This document shows, in pieces, positions 1-13,734 of a DNA stretch of 64,000 nt. The DNA is taken from the NCBI GenBank assembly GCA_951406725.2, contig OX597816.1:70246001-70310000 (forward strand), given 5' to 3'. The notes below the pieces were generated by a model. The model had not been told where the DNA came from and searched no databases. It saw only the letters and a list, made by a program, of their open reading frames with translations. The translations under genes and the position numbers were made by a program. Within the stretch, counting starts at the first letter, position 1, and each line of letters starts with the position of its first letter. The DNA comes from Octopus vulgaris (lineage: Eukaryota).

Positions 1-1159
1 TGAACTCAAGGCGCAATGAATCGAAAAATATGCATTAAAATATATCTGCCGACGCGTCATTGTTTCTGTTACACTTCCACCTTTAGAGGAACACGAAATG
101 AAGTATTTTGCTCAAGAAATGAGGGTGTCACCCAATCTAACCATCGTACATGTGCATCGCTGATCACTGGGAAACGTACCTTCGCACGTTAGGGATACTT
201 ACTGTGTAATAGACTGTTATGACGGCTTTAAGCGGCTCGGCTGACAAACTATAAAGTTAAAATAGTAGTTAAATTACCAGAATAAAATCGTTCAATTTTA
301 TCTTTTATCGATATACTTAATATTTAAAATAGCTGTTAAAATAGCAGTTATAGAACAGTTAAAATTGGAGAATACAGACTCTAAGATTTCTTGGACCCTT
401 AGAGTAACCTTTTTCTTTTCAGCTGAGTGAAATGAAGCTGGCGGTAAATTTTTTAGATGAATTTGTTTGAAGTCAAAGCCTTCTAAAACGTTCCCCGTTT
501 CTTAAAGTGATGAAACTGAAATTACCTTCAGCCAAATTAACTTCTATTGACCACACTTTTCATTTTCCGTTTATTCTTCTGCAACATTTGAAAGCGATTG
601 ACGTAATTGTGAAATGTGAGGCTATATAAAATCTGCAAATAATATATTCTTTTATTATTTTGTAAATCTTTGTCATTAACAGGTGCTTCATCCTCCCAAA
701 TTTTGATATAAATAAGGAGACCCCCACTTTGTTGATGCCCTATTCGGCAAAGATAATGTGTGATGTTCTAAAAACTGAATTTTTTTTTTGCTACAATCTC
801 TTCAGTGTATTCCATGATCAGAATATTCAATAATAACAGTAACGTCATTTATACACGAAGCACTTGTTTTGACAATTTGAATATAAATATTTTTCTGAAC
901 AAATTTTGATGTACCGAATGTATTGTTTGAAGAAATAAATAAAACTCTAAGACACAAAATCTGTAGAAACAGCTTCGAAGATCGGTAAATAACCTTAGAA
1001 ACGCAAAAGTTTGGCCAGCAAGCCGCTGCAAATTATCGAGACTCTTAACACTAAAATTCTGGCTACCTGTGCCATTAAGTTGCATGACCCCTGATAACAG
1101 ATACGGTCTTTATAAGAAAGATCATCATCAGCAGCATCAGTAGCATCATCATCATCGCA

Positions 1160-2427
1160 AAAAGTGTTGTCAGACTTTAGCAAAATTAAGGTGTTTGCAT
1201 TCAGCGTCTATACCCATAATACATTGCCATGAAGAATGTTATAATTTTGCAGAAGCTATGGCAAATAACTTTAAATTCTTCAAAACCAGAGTTCCATCAA
1301 AGAAATTATTTTCTCCAGGATAATCGGTTATTTTTTTCTTTACTGGATAATGATCTATACCACTTTAAATCTGTGTGATGTGACAGAAAAATGTCTGTAA
1401 TTTTATCCTCAATTCGGTGTGGGGACACACACACTCACACACACGCACATACACACACACACTGGCACACACACACAAGCGTGCGCGCGAACTTCAATTT
1501 CAAAGCGGATCAACGGTTCATCTGGAGTCATAAGCTCCTGAGGCCGGTTTACCAAAATATGTGGTGTCTCTATCGCTACTCTCTGAACTGAACTCCGTAT
1601 TGTCGCCGAGTTACCTATTTTTCCCAACTGTTTGGACTGTAGCAACGTGAAATGAATTGCTGAGGCCAAGAATACGATGCTTCGCCGACTCCAATAATCC
1701 AACCCAGAAGATTGCAATCAAGATTGCAAAACACTAAGTTACACACCTTGTGTGTGTATGTGTATACATATATGAATATATTATGTATACACATAATATA
1801 CACGTGAAAGCACGTGGTTGGATATATATAAAAAAAACAAAAGAGTGAAAAGACTACAGAAGGCTTGTTTTATAAGGTTAAAGAATATATTTAAGTCGTT
1901 ATGTTAGAAAAATGTTAGAAAATTTTGTGTATAGTAACATAGATTTGGGGGAAAGACCGGTTTTGTGTAAACTTTTCAATTTCTCAAATTTCTTTACCTA
2001 CATCGTGTCACGTCTTCATTATGAAGTGCAAAGAGAGTTCCAGGCAGGGGGAGGTAATAAGGGATTTCTTCTAACATTCTTATACAGAGAAACTTATCTC
2101 ATTAAAAAATAAATAAATAAATAAATAAATAAAGTGATTATCTCCCTTATTCGGGAAGAAATCCCTTATTACCTCCCCCTGCCTGGAACTTCTTTTTGCA
2201 CTTCGTAATGAAGGCATGACACGATGTAGGTAAAGAAGTTTGAGGAATTGAAAAGTTTACACGAAACCGGTTTTTCTCCAAAAACTATGTTACTATACAC
2301 AAAATTTCCTAACATTTTTCTAACATAACGACTTAAATATATTCTTAAACCTTATAAAACAAGCCTTCTGTAGTTTTTTCAATCTTTTCTTTTATATATA
2401 TATATATAAATATATATATATATGTAC

Positions 2428-2485
<58 letters not shown>

Positions 2486-2494
2486 GTGTAAATG

Positions 2495-2554
<60 letters not shown>

Positions 2555-2885
2555 CTCTCTCTCTATATATATATATATAACATTTACTTGTATATAACAA
2601 TACAAGGCTAACAATAACGTTTAGAATAGTTAAGAACTGAACGTATTCTCACGGAAGGGTCGGAGGATATAGCTCAGCACCACTCAATATTGTAAATACG
2701 TGGTCTCGCTTATATCAAACACACATATATATATGGTGATTACATATGATTTCTTTATTGCAATTAATTTGACAGGCAGCTGTTTCCGACAGTTATCAGA
2801 AGAAACATTTGTAAGCAAAATTTACTGCAACAAAGAAAAATTATGTAGTGACAATTAACTAATGCTTGTCTCAAATATAATATAA
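1160..2885. repeat. Left arm of long-range inverted repeat (partner 13735-14950)
   Basis: ~1160-1790 is the reverse complement of ~14280-14948, and ~2600-2885 is the reverse complement of ~13735-14030. Interrupted by a palindromic insertion. Confidence 0.85.
1822..2400. repeat. Foldback element (~245-bp arms, ~85-bp spacer) between TA tracts
   Basis: ~1822-2070 is the reverse complement of ~2156-2400. Confidence 0.85.
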
Positions 2886-2919
2886 ATGCGTATATATACA
2901 TGTATATATACATATATAC

Positions 2920-2972
<53 letters not shown>

Positions 2973-3242
2973 ATCGAAACAAGAAAACACAGCAACGCGA
3001 GGACGTGGAACAAATAAAGTATTATTGGACGCTCATGCAAATGGGAAGAAGGAGGGTTTAACGTTCGAGCGGAGCTCTTCGTCGGAAACATAGGAGAAGG
3101 AAAGATCCCGAGAAGGGAAGACAGAGGAAAAAAATCGGCGAAACAAATCGCTGGCGGTACTCACGAGGTCACATAATGTATATATATTTATAAATGTATG
3201 TGTGTTTGTGTGTGTGTATATGCATATACACACACACATACA

Positions 3243-3275
<33 letters not shown>

Positions 3276-3639
3276 AAAGCTAAAATCTCTCCAGAGATCT
3301 GCGTACAAGTTGTACGTAGCCACTTCAACATGTATCTCCGTTCGAACGTACTCTAACTCTACTGCGATTTTTAAAAATTGCGAGCTGAAGCGAGTTACGG
3401 CCATCTTTGGTAGAAGAAAACCCAAAACCAGGACTGTTCTACTGGTCCCGTTACTTGATGGTGGTAGCGGTTGGTTCCCCTGCTCACAATTTATCTGATG
3501 TAGCTCTGCCTCAAAAACAAGCCGGAAGAAATGTCCTCTTAGTGTCAAAATTATTGCGGTAGAGTCCATTCAAACGGACAGACATGTAGAAGTGGATACG
3601 AATAATACTTGCTTGATATATATATATATATATATATAT

Positions 3640-5760
3640 ACGATGGGTTTCTTTCAGTTTCCGTCTACCAAATTCACTCACAAGGCTTCGGTCGGTCCGA
3701 CGCTATAGTTGAAAACACTTGCCCAAGATGGCTCGCAGTTGGACTGAACCCAGAACAATGTAATTCGTAAGCAAGCCACAAGGGCAGTACACAGAGTAGC
3801 TGCGGGTTGGCCAAGGACATTATTGTGATGAGGGTGATAACGATAAAAATGAATAAACCCCTCGAAAACCCTGTTCAATTTAAAATTCAAGAATAAAAAT
3901 TTAATATACAGTAATAAGATACAATTATAAAAATTTCAAAAACAAAAATTCATTTTTCATTCATCTTCCTCGTCCGGGCCCCCAAGTAAGTTTCCTGCCG
4001 CCTGCAGGAGAGCCTGCATTGGCAGGCCCGGACGGAGGGACACAAAATCGTTATTATTGCAGGTCCTCTTGGCCTCAATTAATTCTTCTTGGGGGATGGC
4101 CCCCGCAGAAACCTGCGGAGGCCAACATGGACCGTCTATACAGACCGAGTCGTATCGTTCTCGGTCTAAAAGGCTATCCAAATACATCTCACAAGGCCTA
4201 CCCTTGACGTAGAAAATGAAAAGTTCCACCTCTTTCTCACGGGGATGTGTCTCAACCTCCTCTGTCAGTGGCACAATTCCCACTGACAGATCCTCTCGCT
4301 CCGGAGGCACACTTCCCACCGGAGGATCATCAGTTTCGATCGGCGGCGCAGCACCATTCGCCGACTGCGTTCTTTTCTTTTCTTCTTTCTTTACCCGGTT
4401 GCGGGAGTCGGAGCCTCCACCGGCACCCCGGGGGGTCCCTCTCCTCTCCCACAACCTGCACCTCACCTGGTGGGCAACTACCGTTCCTCTTTGTCGAGAC
4501 CGACCCGTCAACAACCTCCTCCACCTCTCACTGCAATGGGAGAGCGGAGGGCATCTTCACCTTTCCCTGCTCCGGGGCCTTACTACAGACCCTTGGGCAG
4601 CCCTTTTTAATGTAGGCCAACTCCAAGCACGAGTGACACTTGAGGTGGGGATGACCCTCAAGTATCACTGGATACCTAGAGCCAGCCATTTTCAAAAAGT
4701 CAGGGAAACTCATTTCACCCGCGGCCACTGGGGTCCATAGGGTCAAAGTAACCTTTGCACCCTCCCAGCTGACTGCAGGCGTCACCTTCACGTCTGAGAG
4801 TCTGGGCCTACTATCCCACAGACCCAACCGGATGGCATCTGCGATCCACCCCGCTTCGGTGCCCGCGGACAGCCCACATACCCAAATTCGTATCACCTTC
4901 TTCCCACAATAAGTGGGAGGAAACAAAATTTCTTCGCCTTGCAGGGGCTGGCTAGCCACACCACCAGCTTCCTCAGGGGAGTCAAACAGCAGCCACACCG
5001 TGGATATTTGACTCTCCTGGCTATAAAGTATTTTTTAGCTTGAAAACACCTTGCCAGTTCTTTTTCTATGATACCCCTATACCTAGAATAGATCCGTATT
5101 ACCACCGTTCTCCTCTCAAGGCTTTCAATCCATTACTTAGGTGGGACAACCTCCCACTCTAAGGCACGTTTTGTATTTGCCATGTTAAAAATCAGTTCAA
5201 AAGGAGAAAGAAAGTCCAAATAAATTAAGAAGTCCAAAAAGAAATAAACAAGTCAGTCCAAAAATGAATAAAAAATAAAAATCCAAAAGAAACGTGAAAA
5301 CAGTTCCAAAAGAAAAAAATACAGAAGGATAGTGAAAAGAAAAACAGTTCACACAGCGAACATCAATGACCAACAGGTACTCCTGGCCAACTTCGTAGGT
5401 TCAATGGTAATCCAACAAGTTTCAATGGCAAAGTCCAATACGGTCGAGCGAGGATACGCCCACATTTTTTTCCAATACAACAGAACAACAAACAGCTGTC
5501 CCGACAGCAGGCACAATTGCCCCGGAAATAGGTGAAATTTATCAACAAACAAACAATTACTATTTGACAAATTACACCCAGCTCAAACGAAAACAAAACC
5601 ACCTAGCTCGACGACCTTATGCCGCTGTTGTTCTTTTTTCTTTCAGTTAAATATTGGATGGAGCCAACACACTCACGTCCACCTCGGTTCCCTGTAATAA
5701 GCAACACCAACGCGCATGTGCGGGAAGCAAGCTACTTACCGCACAGCCACTCTTACGCCT
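3640..5760 (-). mobile_element. tRNA-derived SINE (family A) split by an insertion
   Basis: 3640-3776 and 5725-5760 join into the reverse complement of the SINE head seen at 40707 and 57763. Confidence 0.85.
3777..5724 (-). mobile_element. Degenerate gag/ORF1-like retroelement with zinc-knuckle remnant and 8-bp TSD
   Basis: GC-rich, frameshifted ORFs (4528-4998, 3957-4514) with YPVILEGHPHLKCHSCLELAYIKKGCP (degenerate CX2CX4HX4C). Flanked by AAGCAAGC at 3769-3776 and 5725-5732. Confidence 0.65.
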
Positions 5761-6955
5761 ATATTTATTTATTCGCATTACAAAAATTTTACATTATAAT
5801 ATTTTCTGAAAGTCAACTATAGCAAAGATTTCATACCAAGACGTCAACGACGACATCAAATTTTCTATATAAGTGTGTACCTTAAATGACTTCGATTACT
5901 CTGTATGTTTTAAGGAATTACATTCTCTCTCATATGCACACGCACACGCACACACATATATAAAAAGATGTATGCATATGTATTCATCTATGTGTACATG
6001 AAGGATGTGTATGTGTGTGAGACAGAGAGAGACCGAGCGAGTGCCGCTTACACATACATGACAAGACACATCTTCACTCACTCAGTCTCTCTCATTCTCT
6101 CTCTCACACGCAGGTCCATTTCACATACACGTACATACCCCCCACACGTCCATTTCACATACACGTACATACCCCCCCACACACACACACGCCCATTTCA
6201 CATACATGTATATACCCACACACACACACGTCCATTCCACATACACGTACATACATCTCTTCTCTTTCTTCTCTCTTTCACTTTCTGCTCTCACTTCAAA
6301 GCAAACGTCGTGGTTTCATTTTCTCTTCTCTTTCAATTTCAGCTTTCTTCAAAGCATAAAGAAATAATTTTTGAAAAGGAACTGAGTTGCGAATTTTGAC
6401 GAATGGAATATCAAAAATTCAGTAATAGTTTGGCCAGTAAAGTACGTTATTTGCATTTACATATTTGCATTACAAAAATTTAACATCTGTCTATAATTCA
6501 ACTATCCTAAACGAAATTGTATACCAACACGACGACGACGTCACATTTTCTATATGAGTGTGTGCCTTAAAAGACGTCCATTTCTCTATAAATTATGAGG
6601 AAATATAATCACTCACTTTCTCACATGCAAACGCAGACACACAGAAAGATAATGTGTGTGAGAGAAATAAATAGAAAGAGCGAGAGCGGGAGAAAGGTAG
6701 TGAGGACCACTTACACATACATGCAAAAAATTACATACATGAAAACACACATTTCATTCATTCTCCCTCTCTTTCTTTCTCACTCTTTCATACGCACACA
6801 CCTACGCATGCGCACACACACGTCTATTTCATATACACGTACATACATCTTTCACTTTCTCCTCCCTTTGCATTTCTGCTCCCATTTCAAATCATATGTC
6901 GCGTTTTCACTTTCTCCTCTTTTTCAATTTCTATTCTCTTCAAAGCATAAAGATA
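5760..6955. repeat. Diverged direct duplication (~5760-6370 vs ~6455-6955)
   Basis: Shared blocks GCATTACAAAAATT, CGACGAC..CA.ATTTTCTATAT and TCTTCAAAGCATAAAGA. Confidence 0.75.
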
Positions 6956-7065
6956 TTAAAAAAATTCATACGGAAATTAAAGAACAATCATATGATCTAC
7001 CATATGAAACACTCAACAACATTCCTGCTTCAAAAGAAAGGTTGCCGTAAAACATCATAATTTCG

Positions 7066-7106
<41 letters not shown>

Positions 7107-7315
7107 ATACACACACACATACGCACACTACGTAAAACTTCTTTATGAATTATGTTATTTCTTGCTATGTGCACGCGCAAAATTACTGCCGAAATCCAAT
7201 TGAAATCACGTTTTTCTATTCTGTAATTTGTGAATTCTCTCTCTACATATATATATATATTTACATACATACTCAGAATCGCACGTATGCTTGGACACAT
7301 GCACTAATCTTACAA

Positions 7316-7375
<60 letters not shown>

Positions 7376-7584
7376 GTGTGCGCGTGTGTGTGTGCGTGTG
7401 TGTGCGTGTATATGTATCTCTCTATGTAGTGGTGTTTCCCTTTTTCTTTGAAAATGCATGCAAGGAGATAATGGCCAGGATCTTTACCTGTAAACGTGAC
7501 ACTTGACGCAAGGAAAAAAGTAAGTGTAATCTCAATAATTACTATTTTGAAGGTTTATAATAAAACTTTAATTGAAATAAACAA

Positions 7585-7688
7585 GTGATAAACAACTCGG
7601 AATGTATTGTATTTGTGACAGCTTGGCGTAGGATTCTTATATAAGAGCATTGTTACCTTCTACACCACATACGAAGAAGCACTTACTG
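7585..7688 (+). promoter_or_regulatory. Promoter and putative non-coding exon 1 of Cys-rich peptide gene 1
   Basis: GTGATAA, TTTGTGACAGCTTGG (7612-7626) and GATTCTTATATAAGAGCA (7632-7649, TATA), then donor CTG|GTAAGT at 7688/7689. The 18-mer recurs identically at 23905-23922, and the donor flank is similar there. Confidence 0.6.
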
Positions 7689-8799
7689 GTAAGTTTCATT
7701 CTTCCTATCTTCATATCTGTATTTATATTTAACTGTCTCTCTATATATCTTTCTGCTTGTCTCTGTCTGTCTCTATCTATCTAACTATCCATCTATCTAT
7801 CTCTTTATCTACATCCTTTATTTTCTTTAGTCTTTAGACTGCAACCCTAGCAGTTTAACATAAGCAGTTCGCCCACACTACTGAGCACCAGACTAACTGC
7901 ATCCTTCTCAGTTGCCGAATTGTTAAATTACTGTGACATAAATAAACCATCTCTGGTTATCAAGTGTTGGTGCAGGACAGACAAAACACACACACACATT
8001 TCTGTGTTACATGCAGGGCTTCCTCACCATTTCCTTATTCACCAGAAATGGGGCGGTGGCCCTTGGGTATTGTAGGATACCCTTTCCCAATTAATGCAGT
8101 TGACTGAACTCGAAGCCGTGTACTTCCAGAGCTACAAGTCTTCAATGAACGAATATCCAGATTTATTGTATTTATCTTGTCAGTAATGACTATAGATTAT
8201 GTGAAAATCCACTAATACGGATCGAATGTCATACACGGACTAGAGAAATTGAGTACAGCTTTGCATCATAAACCTAAGTTATATCTAGAGCTTCGGGGAT
8301 AATTTGAAACAGAATCTAGGTATTCTGGACGTACTTCAATACTTATCGCGTTTTAATATGTGACCCGTCTATTTAGAAATATGTGTTTGACATTCATATC
8401 AGCAATGACGTGGCGAGAACGTTAAATGTTTCAAGTTCAGTGGAAGTAAAGTTAGTCAGTTTCTGATACGTTATTAGTATGAAGGAATCCCCGGAGATAC
8501 GTATATAGAATTGCTGGATGCAATTGTTAAACTTGCTGTAGAGATATATAACTAACTGCATGAATGTCAAAAGATAAGAAACCACTGTATAAGAAAATAT
8601 AAGTGACAAACATATTTCAAGAAGTTACTTGTTACTCCAGTTGGTTGTATAAGGTTATATTTAGGGGCTCATATACCCGCGTTTGGATGTAGATTTAAGA
8701 TATATGAAGTAAACAGATCTGCCACAGATGTTAAAGTAGCGACCATATTAAGTTGTAAATAAGTAAAAAATGGTTACATAAGTTCTATGTACACACGAG

Positions 8800-10400
8800 G
8801 CACTAAATTTCATTTTTTATTTTGTTTTTAAAGACATGTAGACTTCTGATTCCTGCCACATTTCTGATGCTAATTTCCAATCCGATATCTAAGTACCTCT
8901 AATCACGTCCATACTTTCTGTAACCGATAACCATTTTTCATTTTTTTCCTGCCGTTTCTATTATGAAAGCCATCTAAACGGCTTTTCCGTGTTACGTTTT
9001 ATGATAAGTATACTTAGATAATTAGTAAACATGAATGTCTTTCCTCCTTTACTAAGGAACTTCCTGTTTTTAAGTGAAACTTTGGTGTTTCCTTTTCCGT
9101 TGTCCCTTGTAGGTTGACATGCTCTCTCTCTCTCTCTCTCTCTCTGCAGGAACCAACAAGAATCTCCTATCATATTTAGGTTGAAATTATGTTGGTATCT
9201 GCTTTCCATAACTGAGATCTGTTGGTCTACGCGCTTACCATGCTCGTCACTTACCACTCGACTGTAGGTCGGAAAGAAGATGACAATGTAAAAAAAGCAT
9301 TTTCAAAGACATTCTGTATCCCAAGTTTTCTTAATATTTAAGCATACTTTCTACGAGTTCACATTTGTTTTTAGTTTTGGAAATTTCAAGAAGATTTTTC
9401 ACAGAAATGTTGAGTCGTTGATTACATTGCGAATCTGTGGTCCAATGAAAACTCCAGCTTCTAGCTTAGCAACTGCCAATATTCCTTTGAATTTATCCTT
9501 TCAATATTAGAATCTTTCGGAAATTTTTCACAAGATCAAGTTGAATGTGAAATGGTGGAAGATGTACTTTATGAAGGCCAGTAAGTGCTGAGCTTTTCAT
9601 ATTGTATTTACCAATAACATGTTTAGCTCTAGTTGGCTAATCATGTTTCTGGAGAAGTTCTTGTAATTACTGCTGTCCCATAGACACAAAAACGCATATG
9701 TTTTGTGTAGACCAACTATAACCCAAAAAGTAATGATACAATTTTAAGGTCGACACATTATTCTAAATACAATCTTAATACTTCGTGAATCTTAGCAGCA
9801 GTTCGATTGTGCAGTAATGCTGCTTCAAGCCTAGTTTTAAAAGAGTCAATGAACATTCACCATTCTTTTCAGACATAGCGAATGTTAAATCCTTTCGTTC
9901 AGACCACTGAAGTCGTGCCAGAAAGAAACGTCTTCGTCCCGTATGTGATATGATGGAAACTGCAAATGGCGATGGCGTATACGGGAAATTTGGCGCTTGG
10001 TTGGAGAAGATTCCATTCTTGAAATCTGGAACCAAGCAAGTCTGCCTCTCAATATTAGTAACTTCTCTTGACCAATCTCAGGAAGTATTGACATCTGGAA
10101 CATATAGGCCATCTATCTCTATTTCTACATTACTATCAGAATCTTCAGATGAACTCCTCTCTGTTGCTGTTGCTGGTGGAACGGGTGGTTTCATCATGTG
10201 ATACCCGTTTTATTGCTGATTTGCAATTTGAATAAAAGATTTAATGTATTAGTTTCTTTGAGACTTAATATTTGTCAAACACAAACCATATTCATTGATG
10301 TGGTTTTGCAGCTAACGCAAAACCCTAGGGATTGAGATCTGCATAGTTTTTTTTACTGTTCATCCAGGCTATTAACAACGAATTGCATTGTGCACGGCAA
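8800..10400 (-). mobile_element. Degenerate DNA transposon, Chapaev3 (CMC)-like, in intron 1 of gene 1
   Basis: Minus-strand fragments FLCLWDS, VHLPPFHIQLDLVKNF and VSDEHGKRVDQQISVMESRYQ...MIGDSCW resemble this transposase family (recalled motifs). Boundaries approximate. Confidence 0.6.
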
Positions 10401-10630
10401 TATGTGGATCCCAGTTCTACTTTTGTTGTCCTAACTTAATGTTAAAATAATATTTGTAGGTAAGTTTAATGTTTGTGGATATGTTTCTCAGATGTATATT
10501 GTTTATAGATATAGCAGGAGCTGTCCATAGTATATATATACTAATACAATTGTTTGTTTGTATTCCACCTGCCTTCGTCTTTTGTTTATTTTCATAAAGC
10601 TTCTAGTTATACACACACACACACACACAC

Positions 10631-10690
<60 letters not shown>

Positions 10691-10778
10691 CTAATGTAGG
10701 ATAAAATGTTTTTGGAGAAAAAAATGTTATCAATGGCCTGCATATCAAAAAATTCCTTTAAAGGTTAAATTCATAAAC

Positions 10779-10982
10779 AACTTATAAAATAAGGGCAAAA
10801 GAAAAATACTAATGCCAAATATGCCGAAAAAAAGACAAAATTGTCAATAACCATTATAATCTATGCGTCTTGAAACATGTCGATGTTTCGAGATGCATAA
10901 ATTATAATGGTTATTGACAATTTTGTCTTTTTTTCGGCATATTTGGCATTATAATTTTTCTTTTGCCCTTATTTTATAAGTT
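10779..10982. repeat. Near-perfect hairpin with ~100-bp arms
   Basis: AACTTATAAAATAAGGGCAAAAG...GAAACAT gtcg ATGTTTC...CTTTTGCCCTTATTTTATAAGTT. Confidence 0.9.
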
Positions 10983-11166
10983 TTATATATATATATATAT
11001 ATTTTATTTTTTTTTATATGTATATATAAATATACATATATATGTGGACATATACATACAAACATTATACCTATGTATACATATACATCATTATATATCT
11101 ATATATGTGTGTTTACGTATGTATATATATATATATGTTGGTATTTATAAATTTTACAGGTTCAAC

Positions 11167-11227
11167 ATGAATTCTATACTCTCCTTCATCTTCTTGGGAA
11201 TTTACATGATGATTGCCCTGACCGAAG
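11167..11227 (+). CDS. Gene 1 signal-peptide exon (MNSILSFIFLGIYMMIALTE-)
   Basis: Acceptor ttttacag at 11159, ATG at 11167, hydrophobic core, phase-1 donor G|GTAAG at 11227/11228. Paralogous to 29022-29082 (both start ATGAATTCTA, both 61 coding nt). Confidence 0.8.
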
Positions 11228-13164
11228 GTAAGAACACTGGTCACCCATTCGTTAAGTGATTTTTCGACCCTTGTCTATTTGCGCATCCAAATCTAATTTT
11301 GGTGCAGGATTTACATAACTGTCTAGAATCAATTTTCTGAGAATTACAATTCATACAAGTATGCTTTCTTAAAAAATTCCCTATATATGAGATTCATTTT
11401 ATAGATAAGATATATCTTAATATAATCCTTAATCAATCCCTTCAGTTCAGTTTGTTCCCTTCACTCTTATTGCTTCCTATTCATGTCTGCTTCAACAGAC
11501 CACATCTCAATATTCACTTCGAGCAATTTCATCTCACCAATAACATCGTAAATTTATTCTGCTACGGTTCCTTGCATTCCATTCGACGAAATCCCTCTGC
11601 TCTATCCTTTCATTGGTCGAAATCACACAATTACCGATTGTTCCTTTAGGTTGGACTTAGTTCTCCATAAGTGCGATTGCGATTATCACACGGCTATGTA
11701 AATACCACATTTAGAACTAAACATAACATACTGAAACACATAATAAACTCTCAGTTTGATGCACAGACATACATGTATCCACACCCACACAAACACACAC
11801 AGACACATACAGACATACACACACACACACACACACATGCAATCGCACACATACATACACATACACTCACACGACATACACCACACAAGTATACTAAGCA
11901 AAAATTCATCTTTTATTAAAACTCTTAATGCAACACAGAACCAAAATGTGCCTCTTCTGATTAAATGCAGATGAATGTTGGTTGCGGTGCCCTTTTCATG
12001 ACTCTCAAAACCCGTCCTTCATTGCTACATTGAGCGTTATTCATTTTGTCTTTACTGGAATGCGTAACGAATAATCGATTATTACAGGCCAAGATTCCAT
12101 CGCCAATTGCAGTATCACATATATGATGGAAACCAAAATAAAGAATAAGTTTTTTTCATGATTTTGAGCATTTCCTCATTCTCAGAGACTATTTCCAAAG
12201 ATAAAATCACTGGAAACTTTTATTCTAAGAAGAAACACATTCCCTCTTATACACAATTGAAAACATATCAGTCCAATATCAAAAGGTTGTAATGCATTTT
12301 ATAAGAATGCTTAATCATTTCCTTCAGTAGAAACCTCAAGAACGCTGTTCTATCTGTCAAACAGTTCTAAATGAATCTCATGAAATCACTGGGTACCATA
12401 TATTTGTTATAGATGTCATCACTATGATCTTTCTTTAACAGATTCAATCCTTCTCTTAACCTATTTATTCAATATTTCGTTTTTTGAGCTGCTACTCTCT
12501 AGAATACACTTTACATTTTAGTTTTCTCAGAATCGTGAAAATTTGGAATGTCCTATTTGAGATCCCGAGTCTGTGTAGATGTACATTAAGAACGTCTCTT
12601 CCAGCTGTATTATCACCGTCACTTAAAACATAACGTTCTATGAAAATCATCAATTGGTTTTTCTAATATATTGATCAGTCGTTGAAAGTGAGTAAATAAT
12701 TTTCGCAGGAGTAAACGTCTCGCATGTGTATATTATATAAAAGCCATGGTGTCACTATCACAGCAATATATTGTTGATTGTAAATCGCTTCATGGAATTC
12801 ATCCAAATTGTCAATTAATTTAGAGCACTTAAATTCATGAAAAACAGAACAATTAAAATCATAGCAGTCAAATCAACTAATTTTGTGTCGTCTACAATAA
12901 AGATAAAATTAGGAAGTTCAAACGACAAATTGGTATGGGTAATAGGTGACGGAATAATGGAGTTATTTAGGATATTATAGAGAGATGTATACGTTGAGAG
13001 TAAATTGTGTTAAACCTTGTACACGCTGAACGTTGACCTGTGTAGTAGCAGATTTAAAGTAAGAGATGAATCTAATGAATGTAGTAAGATGCAACGTATC
13101 TTTATCTTCGTTTTTAAATATCATAAGATGCTATTTAATGACTTTTCGCATTTTCTAATTTTAG

Positions 13165-13349
13165 CCGGTGAAGTGGAATGTCCATTTGATTGCCAGGCTG
13201 AGCTTAAAAGAAAACATATTGCTCTTACTTATGAGTCTATGCAGAAGTGTAATCAAGAGCACTGCAAATGTCGATACATGTGTTATAAAACACATTATGG
13301 AAAAATAACAATGGATGATTATAAGAAGTGTGCTGCTGGGTGTCCATGA
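13165..13349 (+). CDS. Gene 1 mature-peptide exon: (A)GEVECPFDCQAELKRKHIALTYESMQKCNQEHCKCRYMCYKTHYGKITMDDYKKCAAGCP*, 8 Cys
   Basis: Acceptor ttttctaattttag at 13164. Phase 1 matches the signal exon, giving an 81-aa precursor. Stop at 13347-13349, AATAAA at 13388-13393. Confidence 0.8.
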
Positions 13350-13734
13350 ATTATATTCGCCGTTTGTTTATTGTATACAATTCACGAAATAAAATTAATG
13401 ATATATGATATTATAAGCAATAATTTTGAAGAGAAAATGAATATAGACCACTGACCAAACCGATGAAAATATCTCTTGCATATCAGTTGGGTTTCTATAT
13501 CTGTTCTTCATAAAATTCATTCTTATAATACCAAATATATCTAGGAATATGAAAACATTCTTGATTTATAATTGTCTGGTGGTATTACTTCATTTCCATA
13601 AAATGTTACTTACTAATACTAGAAACATCACTCTGCTGAACACTTGTTGCATATTAAAGATTACTGTTGAATAATTGATAAATTGATCAGTCATTTTATC
13701 TAATTAATCTTAATGCCAGGATAAAAAGTAAGTT

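Noticed and set aside
3055-3090. Other minimal hammerhead-like cores (also ~19750, ~34325, ~48010-48080, ~61920)
   Set aside because: Core or stems are degenerate; treated as decayed Penelope-like remnants rather than ribozymes.
13017-13164. N-terminal part of the 110-aa ORF 13017-13349
   Set aside because: It lies upstream of a strong acceptor and is homologous to intron sequence before the other exons. Only 13165-13349 is treated as coding.
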